Virus record (IMG/VR): IMGVR_UViG_3300029914_000023
Coordinates: 908-64,907 of that record
From: a virus
Taxonomy: Duplodnaviria > Caudoviricetes
Length of the DNA: 64,000 bases
Direction: 5' to 3' (one strand)
Within the stretch, counting starts at the first letter, position 1; each line of letters opens with the position of its first letter. A program made the translations under genes and the position numbers. This document shows positions 48,818 to 58,294 of this stretch, in pieces. Under the pieces are notes generated by a model that made no database searches, was not told the DNA's origin, and saw only the letters and a list, made by a program, of their open reading frames with translations.

Positions 48818-49830
48818 GGTGGTGCAATCGTCAAGCTAGTTAAAAAAACAATTTTACGAGGATGTAAATCAGGAGCCCCACGGTTATCTCGATTCCCAAA
48901 CCGTTTATGCATCCTATCAGCGGGTGATTCTCATATTTGACAGGAGTCATATGTGTACCTCCCGCACCATAGGATGAAAACGACCGTCTTCGATGTAAGA
49001 CAGACGGGTTATTGTACCGGGCTTGGCGGCACGATGTAGCTTGCCGATTGCACCCTCGATGCTATCCTTCGTGGCCATCAGACTGTACTTCTTGCCCGGC
49101 TCACGGCGTTCGATAGCAAACGTGGCAGCACGGGGGTACGACACCACCCGACTACCGAGAACTGCTTGGAATTGCATGAGTGTCTCCTCTCACCGGTTCC
49201 GTTTGATGTAGTCAGCAACGGCTTGTTGCATGTCGTTGCGTGCTTGCTCTTCCATCCGCTGCTTGCGTGCTTCACGCATACGCAGGTAGATGTAAAGCAG
49301 TGTGAATGCAATGAGGCCCATCCACACGTCGTCCATAGCTAGGCGGCTTTCTTGCTCTTGTCCGCCCACTGAACGTGGTGGTGAATCTCACCCTTGGTGG
49401 CAGGCTCGGAAGCCAGCGAGCCAAGGCGGAAACGAACCATGCAACCGTTGGATGCGTCACGCTTGCTAATGGGAAGCAGCGTGAGTTGTCCGGCATCGGC
49501 TGCCCGTACAACTGACTGTGCAAATGCTGTCATGTCCATGTTGTCTCCTCTCCCTCTGCGTCCACCGACGGGCTTGGGACCGTCTCGCCGCATTGCGTAG
49601 GGGATTGCTCCCCTACTTTGGTTAACCGAGGAAGTGTCCTCCCTCATGCTCTTCGTTGTGGTCACCCGTATCCACGCTGGTACTCGTGGACATGAAACGC
49701 CGCCCGTTCTCATGCAGCATGTCACGTACAACCGCTTCAGCAATGTTCACGCTATCAGCGATAACGTACTCGGTTAAAGGTGCGCCATCTCCGTTCACAA
49801 CCACCTTGTACCTCACTTTCAACTCCCCGC

Positions 49831-50385
49831 TCACTTTGAATACTTGAGCTGTGACCGTTGATACGGGGTGAGACCGTCATCGGGTACGGCTTGTCTTGGG
49901 AACTTCTGTCCAGCCCGTCTCTTGGCTTTCTCTCGTTCCTGTAGCTCCTGAGCAACCATGTTCAGCCGGGTGACTACCCGTCTTTGCAAGTCCTCAATCT
50001 GCCGATTGTACGATGCGACCATGATCCAAGGGACAGTCTCTGTAAGCACGCCCCCATTGAGTGCTTGTTCGGCGATGGAGAGCAACTCCAAGAGTGAATC
50101 GTGTCTCTCCCGACTCATTCCCGGTGCTCCCTTGAGATCAGCCTCAACATCGGCCAATATCTGCGGGAGTGCTCGACCATCACGGGCCATATCGTTGTAC
50201 GACGTAAGCGCGTTCTCCAATGCCTCACGTTCGCTATCGCCAGTACCGTGTATCGTTAGCAGGTAGAACTTGCCATCCTGCTCCTGTATAAGAGCGCCCG
50301 GAAACTGACGCCTTATCAGGGAGAGCAGGTTCGACTGCGGGAGACCCGGTATGAGATGATTAGCTGGTAAGCTGGGTTCACTCAT
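49831..50385 (-). CDS. Hypothetical early protein
   Basis: AAGGGAG SD before MSEPSL. Confidence 0.5.
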   Translation of the reverse strand: MSEPSLPANHLIPGLPQSNLLSLIRRQFPGALIQEQDGKFYLLTIHGTGDSEREALENALTSYNDMARDGRALPQILADVEADLKGAPGMSRERHDSLLELLSIAEQALNGGVLTETVPWIMVASYNRQIEDLQRRVVTRLNMVAQELQEREKAKRRAGQKFPRQAVPDDGLTPYQRSQLKYSK

Positions 50386-50792
50386 AACTACGACTCCCTT
50401 CTCCCTATACACGGGTATGCGTAGCGTGCATGTACACGGGCACACGCGCCTGTGTGCGTATACGCATCATGCACGCATGTACAGCACACGCACACGATAC
50501 GCGCATACACATACGGGATGCACACGCACACATACGGGCGATTTTCGCCAGTGTGAGCGCACACGCATACCGGATTGTTTCGTGTGTTTCGCTCATGGTT
50601 CCCCCCATTCCGCCGGTAAAAGTCCGTATTCGCCCCGTAGAGCGATTTGCAGCCCGTTCAAGCCACTACCCTAGCTTGAACCTGCCAACTATCGCACCTT
50701 GAGCCGCTACAGGCCCGTTAAACGGCATTGCACAGAACGGCCAGACTGCCAATTTTGCCGCTCTGCTCTTGCCGCAACTTTGCCCCAAACGC

Positions 50793-50821
50793 AGAAAAGG
50801 CCCACCCCGTGGGGTGAGCCT
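50793..50821 (-). terminator. Intrinsic terminator
   Basis: AGGCTCACCCC/GGGTGGGCCT hairpin plus TTT downstream of 50842-51240. Confidence 0.55.
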
Positions 50822-50841
50822 AGTCTGTTACCGCGTGTGTG

Positions 50842-51240
50842 TTACTTGCGAGCTTGCTGTGCCTTCCATTCGCTGTAGGACAGCGCGGCCAGCTTCCGTT
50901 CCGTGGCCTTCGCTTCCACCTTGGATTGCTTGGGGATGGAGGCGTTGCCGTTCAGGAACCATTCCCGCGTGGTAGCGGTAGAACCGTCCGGGTCCGTGAA
51001 TGTCAGAGCCGCAAGCGGAACGCTGAAAGCAACCTGCAAACCGTTGCCCTTGCCGTTCGGCGTGACGAACGCGCCGATGCTGTGAAGTACTTCCGGAGTG
51101 AACAGGGCCGCAACCTGTTTTCCAAGGTTCGCCTGTGCCTTGCGCTGCTCGTCCGTATAGCCCACGCGTTCGCCGTCAGCTTTAAGCTGGGGCCGGTCGA
51201 TAAACTGGAGTTCGTGCATGGTATCCTCGTTTCTACCCAT
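50842..51240 (-). CDS. Hypothetical early protein
   Basis: GAGG SD before MHELQF; near the start of the leftward unit. Confidence 0.5.
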   Translation of the reverse strand: MGRNEDTMHELQFIDRPQLKADGERVGYTDEQRKAQANLGKQVAALFTPEVLHSIGAFVTPNGKGNGLQVAFSVPLAALTFTDPDGSTATTREWFLNGNASIPKQSKVEAKATERKLAALSYSEWKAQQARK

Positions 51241-52174
51241 TAGGGTTACTGGCCAGTCTCGATGAGATACTGGCAGTAGTCAAAGAGCGTTTCAAGGTAA
51301 CGCTCTGTCTCCGAGCTAATTGCAGTATGACTCTGCGATAAGCTCACTAATGCGCCAAACATGCCCTTGAGCATTCTTACATCATGCGACTCTGTTGAGA
51401 CATAGACTCGCATGTAAGCTAACTTGTCGGCGTCCAACGTGTCTCCTCTAGCAACTTTCCCGGCGTCCTATGCCTGTTACAGCTTTCCGTGTGTTCTGGA
51501 AGGGTGCGCCGCTTGGGGTTGCTTGCCGGTCGAGCCGATCGGCGACTTGCAAAACCCCGAAAAAATCCGGTGACCGGCGCTAAGTGGCAATTTTTTCAAC
51601 GACTTACGACGAATCGGGGCGAAAATTCGGCGAAAATTTTCTTGCGAATGGCACACGCGCAGTAGCTCCACCACGTGTCAGAGTGTCAAGTAAACTTTAC
51701 ATACACTCTAAAAAACACTGTCTGTAGCCTATTGATTCTAAAGGTATTTACGGTGAATGCTACATTCACGCTACAGCCAACACGCGCGATATAACGCACA
51801 CACACTAGCACGCTAAAAAACGCGCTATGTTATACATTCCGCGCGGTTTACGCGCACATCCCACGCGCACATCCCACGCCCGCCCGCGCGATTAAAGGCT
51901 TCCGCACGCGGGTTCAGAGTCTAACTAGGGTCCCATCTGCCAATACTGATTTTTCAAATTTAGGTTTTATTACTGTTCTATCTTATTGATTACAAAGAAC
52001 ATAGAGGGCAGAAGGGGGTCGGCTTTTTGACCCCCTGAAAGCCCTGTAACTGGTTTCAAATCTTTAATATGCGATTCTGCGTATAGAATTTTTAATTTTT
52101 AGAATTCTCTGGGAGGGGTTTATAGCCTGGTGTGGGTCATCTAGCCAGTTTATTTTAGTTTTTTACATTTCGGG

Positions 52175-52208
52175 TGGGTAAAAACCGAACTTCAGGCGTC
52201 TAATAGAG
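52175..52208 (+). promoter_or_regulatory. Candidate phage-sigma promoter
   Basis: TGGGTAAAA-N13-CGTCTAATAGAG upstream of 52231. Confidence 0.65.
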
Positions 52209-52230
52209 TGGAAATACAGAAAGCGGTGGT

Positions 52231-53178
52231 ATGGCAGCGGTCAGGTATTATGATTTGAACAGTCTTCCTCCTATTTGGGGCCGAGAAGAGAAACAAGAAT
52301 GGGTCATCGAAGGTTTTATACCTAAGAATGCCATTACAGTTCTTACGGGAGCTACTGGAAGCGGGAAATCCAGTGTCATGTTGGCGGCGGCAGCAGCGGT
52401 AGCCGCTGGAGAACCCTTCTTAGGACACACTACAGCGCAAACCAAGGTTTTATTTGTTGATCGAGAGAACCCATTATATGTATATTTAGAGCGATTTGCT
52501 CGTTTTGAGATTGAACCGACCGACCAAATTAACTTCTGGGGCACTTGGGACGTTGAACTAGAGCCTCAAGGACCTGATTATACTGGGATTATAAAGTATG
52601 TTGAGGAGCATCATCCTCTCATTGTCTTCGATTCGCTGGTTGCTTTCCATCCTGAGAGCGAGCAGGACGCCTCAGAGACGCGTCGGTATATGCAGTTATT
52701 TCGTAACTTGGCGTCTAAAGGGGCTTCTGTAGTAGTTATTCATCATACAGGAAAGAGTACCGAGGGCCAGAGCAAATTCTATCGGGGATCGAGCGATATT
52801 CCAGCCAATGCGGATGCGGGTTGGCTTTTGGAGCAAGAAGCGGGGGCTGGTGGAAAACGGCTTCAGAAGATGCTTTTAACCTGCTATAAATCCCGAGAGG
52901 GTGTTTTAGGCAAGTTGTACTTTGGCCTTGAAGGTACGAAATTCGTTGCTCATGAATTTTTGACAGACGATAATCCCATCTATAAAATGCTAGACGTATT
53001 CCTCGCTGACCACCCGAATAGTAACGTTAGTCAAATAGCCGCTGCTTTTCCCGATACAACTAGAGATAAACTGGATAAGGCTCTCGGCCTTGGACATTCA
53101 AAAGGCCGGTACTCCCGAGTTCGAGGACTCAACAATGCCCTAATTTACTCCCTGAGCAATACCCCAGTAGCTCAGTGA
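52231..53178 (+). CDS. AAA_25/RepA-like helicase ATPase
   Basis: GATGSGKS, IVFDSL, IHHTGK, YRGSS. Confidence 0.85.
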   Translation: MAAVRYYDLNSLPPIWGREEKQEWVIEGFIPKNAITVLTGATGSGKSSVMLAAAAAVAAGEPFLGHTTAQTKVLFVDRENPLYVYLERFARFEIEPTDQINFWGTWDVELEPQGPDYTGIIKYVEEHHPLIVFDSLVAFHPESEQDASETRRYMQLFRNLASKGASVVVIHHTGKSTEGQSKFYRGSSDIPANADAGWLLEQEAGAGGKRLQKMLLTCYKSREGVLGKLYFGLEGTKFVAHEFLTDDNPIYKMLDVFLADHPNSNVSQIAAAFPDTTRDKLDKALGLGHSKGRYSRVRGLNNALIYSLSNTPVAQ

Positions 53179-53370
53179 ATCGGTTTTTGAGACTCTTCAG
53201 AAACCGTCGGTTTAGACCGTTTAGAATCTAGGGTTTGGGTTTTTAAGCTCTAGGCAGTATGAATACCTGAAAAGTACTATTATTTGGTTTTTGAGTATAT
53301 CCTACGTGTAGGCGTTCAAAAACCGAAACCGAATCTTGGGGCGGGTTTTTATCTACCGCCCCTTGGAGAA

Positions 53371-53869
53371 TATGATGAAGACTATTGACGACCGGCGTTT
53401 GCTTCGAGCTGTAGTTCTGGAGCACTTAGGTGGAAAATGTGTTGTTTGCGGCTGGAATGACTATCGTGCGTTACAAATAGACCACATTCTAGGCGATGGC
53501 AGTCAAGAAAGGGCAACTCCGGGGTATGACCGATTCCGATTCCTGGTTGGACTGTTAGATGATCCGCAGCTTGCTGACAAGTATCAACTCCTTTGTGCCA
53601 ATCACAACTGGATAAAAAAGGTTGAAAACAACGAAATCAGGAAGCCAAGACCTCGTACCGGAGAAAAACGGCTGGATCAGATACTTACTTATGTATCTAA
53701 ACACCCAAAATGTATACAACAGGACATCGGTAAGTCCTTAAAAATTCCATCTGGTGCGCTAGTTGCCTGTATGAGGGAACTGACTTCTAGGAGCCTGGTT
53801 ACTTTCGAAATTGGACCCAGGAACTCCCACTTTTATACGGTTCGAACAGTACCAAAAATAAATTCCTAG
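53371..53869 (+). CDS. HNH endonuclease with C-terminal HTH
   Basis: LGGKCVVCG...LQIDHI...YQLLCANHN. Confidence 0.75.
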
Positions 53870-53873
53870 AAAA

Positions 53874-53908
53874 TGGGTAAAACAAGGTCCCTCAAGCGTC
53901 TAATATAG
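53874..53908 (+). promoter_or_regulatory. Candidate phage-sigma promoter
   Basis: TGGGTAAAA-N14-CGTCTAATATAG upstream of the terminase genes. Confidence 0.65.
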
Positions 53909-54351
53909 TGAAGGTGCAAGAGATGGCGAACAACACGATTCAAAGACAGGACTGGTACGAAAAGGCGGCAGCCGCAATCGTGCGCTCCGAGAAGACGTTG
54001 TTCCAGTTTTCGAACGAGAACAACCTGGGTCTGACCTCCACCGAGTGCCAGAACGTAGCTCGCACCAAAGAATTTCAAAGTGTCTTGCGTAGTGAACGCA
54101 ACAAGTTCTATAAAGAACTATCGACAGACCCTTCTAGGAGCCGCTCTACTGCTATTGGGCAGTTGCTATTTGCGGTGCAGAAGCTCCTTGAAGGTGAGCA
54201 GTATGACAAAGCAGTGACTGCTTTGGTCGCCCTAGCTAAGCTAGAGGGTTGGACTTCGGATCAAGCTCAGTTGAACATCTTCAACGATCTGAACGCAAAA
54301 GACATCGAGGGGCTTAAGCAAAAGCTCAAAGACAAGATGAAGGTACAATAA
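53908..54351 (+). CDS. Putative terminase small subunit
   Basis: Helical protein upstream of TerL. Confidence 0.5.
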   Translation: MKVQEMANNTIQRQDWYEKAAAAIVRSEKTLFQFSNENNLGLTSTECQNVARTKEFQSVLRSERNKFYKELSTDPSRSRSTAIGQLLFAVQKLLEGEQYDKAVTALVALAKLEGWTSDQAQLNIFNDLNAKDIEGLKQKLKDKMKVQ

Positions 54352-54518
54352 TGGGAACAGTCAAAGGCGACTTCTACGAGCGTCTTAAAGAGATTCAAGA
54401 TCAGATGAACAAGCTCCCGGCCCCCGCTCACGAGCGTCATTGTCCATACTGTGAACCCTGGCGCTGCCCGCACTGCGGTCGGCCCTTCACATATCCGCAA
54501 CCCGGAGTATGGATGTAA

Positions 54519-56048
54519 ATGGCAAATGTCGATGAGGTTCTTGAGAAACTGGAAGGGTTTTCTACTGAGGATGCTCTTGTCGTCCTGGAAGCGATTAGCG
54601 CCGACCGCAGAGACCGCCATTTTAGTAGATACTGGAGTTGTGATCCGAACCCGGAATATCAGACTTTCTTTAACGGGATTGAAGAAGAGTTCTCGAAGTT
54701 TACCTCCGACATCAAAATCTACGCCATGCTCGGCGGCAACCGATCCAGCAAGACAGAACGCGGAGCTTTTCTTGCCGTAGCGTGGCTGATGGGTAAAGAC
54801 TACTTTCTGAACGAACCTGCTTGGAGATACGTTAAAGACTTACCCATTCCAGAGCACGGAGTAAATGTCTGGGCCGTCGGCCTGGACTTTTCAGTTATTC
54901 AAGATGTGATCTGGCGCGAGAAACTGCGCTCCGGACATAAACATCCAGGACTGTTACCGAGGACGCCCTGTCCTCTAATAACAAGGATCAGCGACTCTTC
55001 TTTCCAAGTTGAAGTTGATGTAGAGGGCCGTAAGTCTATCCTTACTTGCAAGTCCGCCGACTCGGGACGAGAAAAGTTCCAGTCCGCTTCGGTAGACCTG
55101 GCTTGGATTGATGAAGAGATTGACGCTGAAGTCTTCGACGAGATTTATCAAAGAACATCCGACTGCGCGGGTAAGATTCTTCTTACCATGACACCACTTA
55201 ATGATATTGGTAGCGCCGCGAAGACTCCCTGGGTCTATGATCTATATAAAAGTTGGAAAGCCGGACAGAAGGATGTTTATTTCTCCAGTCTAAACACTCT
55301 GGAGAATCCCTTCATTCCCGACGATGAGAAGGAAAAGCTCAAGATCAAGTGGGCTGGTCATCCGGAAGAGCGTGCCCGCCTATACGGTGAATTTATCCAG
55401 CGTGCCGGACTTGTGTATCCCCAGTTCAACTGGGAAAAGCACGCGATTAAGCCCTTCCATATTCCTTCAGACTGGAAGCGTATCGGTTCAATTGATCCTG
55501 CGGCAACAGGACCGAACGCTTGTTTGTGGATGGCCGTACGGCCTAGTGGGGATATTATTGTTTATAGAGAGTATCTAGAAGCTAACAAGATCGTAAGTGA
55601 ACACGCTAAAGATATTCTCGTTCGTAATGGCGGTGACAAGATCGACATCTTTCTAATTGATCCCTTTTGGGGTTCGGCCCGACAGGCAGAAAACCACAAA
55701 CAGGGTTTCCAATTATGGAAAGAAGCAGGAATCCCGGTCAGGCTAGCACCGCGAACCGATGATTTCGGACGCGATGTCTTAGCCGAGTATCTAAGTGCTT
55801 CTTTAGACTCGACTAGTAGACACCCTAAAATCTTCTTCTTTAATACTTTAATAGAGACTAAGGCGGAACTCGAAACCTATGTGTGGGATTATGTGGCGCG
55901 AGGCCCTATGAAAGGGCTAAACAAAGGCAAGCCTATGAAGAAAAATGACCACTTAGTCAACGCACTTCAGTATGCCGTGAGTTTGAAGCCCCGTGCAAAG
56001 GTCGGACATTCCCAACCACCAAGTCCCAGCACGAACTCTTACACCTAG
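54519..56048 (+). CDS. terL: Terminase large subunit
   Basis: GGNRSSKT Walker A, WIDEE Walker B, TMTP, IDPA and DHLVNALQY nuclease motifs. Confidence 0.9.
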   Translation: MANVDEVLEKLEGFSTEDALVVLEAISADRRDRHFSRYWSCDPNPEYQTFFNGIEEEFSKFTSDIKIYAMLGGNRSSKTERGAFLAVAWLMGKDYFLNEPAWRYVKDLPIPEHGVNVWAVGLDFSVIQDVIWREKLRSGHKHPGLLPRTPCPLITRISDSSFQVEVDVEGRKSILTCKSADSGREKFQSASVDLAWIDEEIDAEVFDEIYQRTSDCAGKILLTMTPLNDIGSAAKTPWVYDLYKSWKAGQKDVYFSSLNTLENPFIPDDEKEKLKIKWAGHPEERARLYGEFIQRAGLVYPQFNWEKHAIKPFHIPSDWKRIGSIDPAATGPNACLWMAVRPSGDIIVYREYLEANKIVSEHAKDILVRNGGDKIDIFLIDPFWGSARQAENHKQGFQLWKEAGIPVRLAPRTDDFGRDVLAEYLSASLDSTSRHPKIFFFNTLIETKAELETYVWDYVARGPMKGLNKGKPMKKNDHLVNALQYAVSLKPRAKVGHSQPPSPSTNSYT

Positions 56049-56159
56049 TTTAACCCGCGAGGGGCGGGCAGCCACCAGGCTATAAACCCCTCCCATATGA
56101 CAGCCGTGGACTACAGGCTGACAAGTTGCGCTTAACGCAGCTTGACATGAGGAAAACAC

Positions 56160-56543
56160 ATGGCACTTACGATTACTAATCCGACGTTCCTAACCCAAGG
56201 ACCCACCAAGACCGGACAAGTGCTTGCTCCGAATGAGCAGAGTAACCTGGAGGGGGCATTCACAGGGACTTGTACTGTTACCCTGGATGGTACTCTGACT
56301 ACAGGCACGATCAACTGGATTGACGGCACACAGACTATTTTTGCAAATGGTGACGCTGCCGGTACTGTGACGGCTCCTCGTTTTGTTGAAGCTACCATTG
56401 TTGGTGGCACACAACATCAGACTGCCGGAACAGCCCTTGCTATTGCGGCAAGTTCTCCGACTACAACCGGTTTTACTTTCTATCTAAGCGCCGCAGGTAC
56501 TGCATCTAAAACAATCGTTGTCTTGTTCAACGCCTACAAGTAA
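56160..56543 (+). CDS. Putative virion decoration protein
   Basis: T/G/A-rich beta protein in head operon. Confidence 0.45.
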   Translation: MALTITNPTFLTQGPTKTGQVLAPNEQSNLEGAFTGTCTVTLDGTLTTGTINWIDGTQTIFANGDAAGTVTAPRFVEATIVGGTQHQTAGTALAIAASSPTTTGFTFYLSAAGTASKTIVVLFNAYK

Positions 56544-56555
56544 GAAGGAGGATTT

Positions 56556-56732
56556 ATGAGTCTATTCCGTAAGGAACAGGTCGCCGATCCCAACCTTCAG
56601 TTCAGCGATGCCTCTCTGCTTTCTGCTTCGGCTACTGCCGGGGCTACTCAAGCGGTTCCGGCCACCGTCAAGGGGTATATCATCATCCTTGTGAACGGCG
56701 TCCAGATGAAGGTTCCGTACTTTAGCGTCTAA
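56556..56732 (+). CDS. Small virion-like protein (58 aa)
   Basis: AAGGAGG SD; ends GYIIILVNG..MKVPYF. Confidence 0.5.
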   Translation: MSLFRKEQVADPNLQFSDASLLSASATAGATQAVPATVKGYIIILVNGVQMKVPYFSV

Positions 56733-57298
56733 GAGGTTCAATGATTGGTCGTATTCTTCTCGCAGTTGCGCTGATCTTTATGGCGGCGTTTGATGCCGAG
56801 CATACAAAGCGCAAGTTGGCGGAGTACGGCACGGAAATTGAGCTTAACCCCTTTATCCGTTTCCTGTGTAAACGGATCGGAATCGACTGGGGGGTGGACC
56901 TTGGTGTTCGCCTCCCGGCCTATTTCTGGGTAATCCTCGGGTGGTACTACTCGATGGTGCTCTCCTTCATTGTGGGCACTAAGGTTACACTCTTTTTAAT
57001 CCAGCAACGGGAGAGGCTGTATCGTGATTAAAGACATTCACAGAGAAGATTTTCAGAATCCGGATGCCCCTGTTGCTCCTCTTGGCGGGCAGCCAGAGTC
57101 TTTTGAAGTAAGGCGGCTTGATGCCGCAACGAACGACATTGTGGGTCCCGTGATTGTGGGTGGACGCGCAATGGCCGACTGTTTTCGCTACTATGATTCA
57201 GTACAGGCTGGCGTGTGCGATCCGAACGCCTATGGTAACCCTCCGGCAGCCAATGATGGCGATGCCGATGACATGCACATCCCCACGAGGCCCTGGTA

Positions 57299-57619
57299 AT
57301 GGCGCTTAGCGAACACGATAAGAATGACGTTCTCTCCGAGATTTTCAACTCCGAGAAGATCAACGTTAAGTGCGGCAGGCATCTGTACTTTGGCCCGGTG
57401 AAGGGCAACGCGCAAGTTCAACCCGAGATTGGCTGCGCGGACTGCTGGAAGGTATTCTTCACTCACGAACTTGCCACCACTCCCCCCGATGAACGGGGTA
57501 AGAAGCTGGAAGAGCTTGAGTTCGTTGTGAGAAACGCGAACCAGCTATTTGAGAGCGGTAAGTGGGACATCTCCATCAACCCACACGCCCAAATTACTAT
57601 CGAAAAGGATGCCGAATGA
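57299..57619 (+). CDS. Hypothetical protein
   Basis: Coupled ORF with CxxH/CxxC. Confidence 0.5.
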   Translation: MALSEHDKNDVLSEIFNSEKINVKCGRHLYFGPVKGNAQVQPEIGCADCWKVFFTHELATTPPDERGKKLEELEFVVRNANQLFESGKWDISINPHAQITIEKDAE

Positions 57620-57957
57620 AAACGCGGTACGAGCTAACCAAGATGCACAAAGTCTGGTATGCGAAGAATCGTTACCGGATGCGCCAGAAGAGACTCGAAA
57701 AGAAGCTGGAGGCTTTCAGGGTACTCGGCGATAAGTGTATGGTTTGCGGAGAGACTGACCACCGGTGCCTTCAAATAGATCATGTGCTAGGAGATGGATA
57801 TCTGGATCGTAGACTTAATGGTCGTAGTACCCGATCCGGGTATGGCTTGTACAAAGCAATCGTCGCTCATGAAGTCGATTTGTCAAGGTATCAACTACTT
57901 TGTGCCAACGATAATTGGCGCAAAATATGGGATAACGAGGAATTAAAGAGGATCTAA
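57616..57957 (+). CDS. HNH endonuclease (paralog of 53371-53869)
   Basis: LGDKCMVCG...LQIDHV...YQLLCANDN. Confidence 0.75.
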   Translation: MKTRYELTKMHKVWYAKNRYRMRQKRLEKKLEAFRVLGDKCMVCGETDHRCLQIDHVLGDGYLDRRLNGRSTRSGYGLYKAIVAHEVDLSRYQLLCANDNWRKIWDNEELKRI

Positions 57958-57958
57958 G

Positions 57959-58279
57959 ATGGCAGTATTTAAGTTCTACCCCGTTGCGCCGACTGGAACA
58001 GGTACGAGCGCCAACGTAATCTACGCCGGAACGCTTGCCGCCGCTGGTACTCAGACTATCACAGTGGGCAAGAACAACCTGTTCCGGATTGTCGCATCCC
58101 AGCCGATCACTATTCGATTTGGCGTTGCGGGCACAATCACTGCCGCTGGCGCTGGCGACATCTACATTCCGGGTAACATGCCGGAAATCTTTGACATGGG
58201 CAACCAGAACGACACGATCAACGTGTACTCATTCAACGCAAGCACGATTGTGACAGTCAATCAGGTCGTGAAGAACTAA
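57959..58279 (+). CDS. Putative virion protein
   Basis: Beta-rich; immediately before portal. Confidence 0.45.
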   Translation: MAVFKFYPVAPTGTGTSANVIYAGTLAAAGTQTITVGKNNLFRIVASQPITIRFGVAGTITAAGAGDIYIPGNMPEIFDMGNQNDTINVYSFNASTIVTVNQVVKN

Positions 58280-58294
58280 TAAAGGAACTGATCT

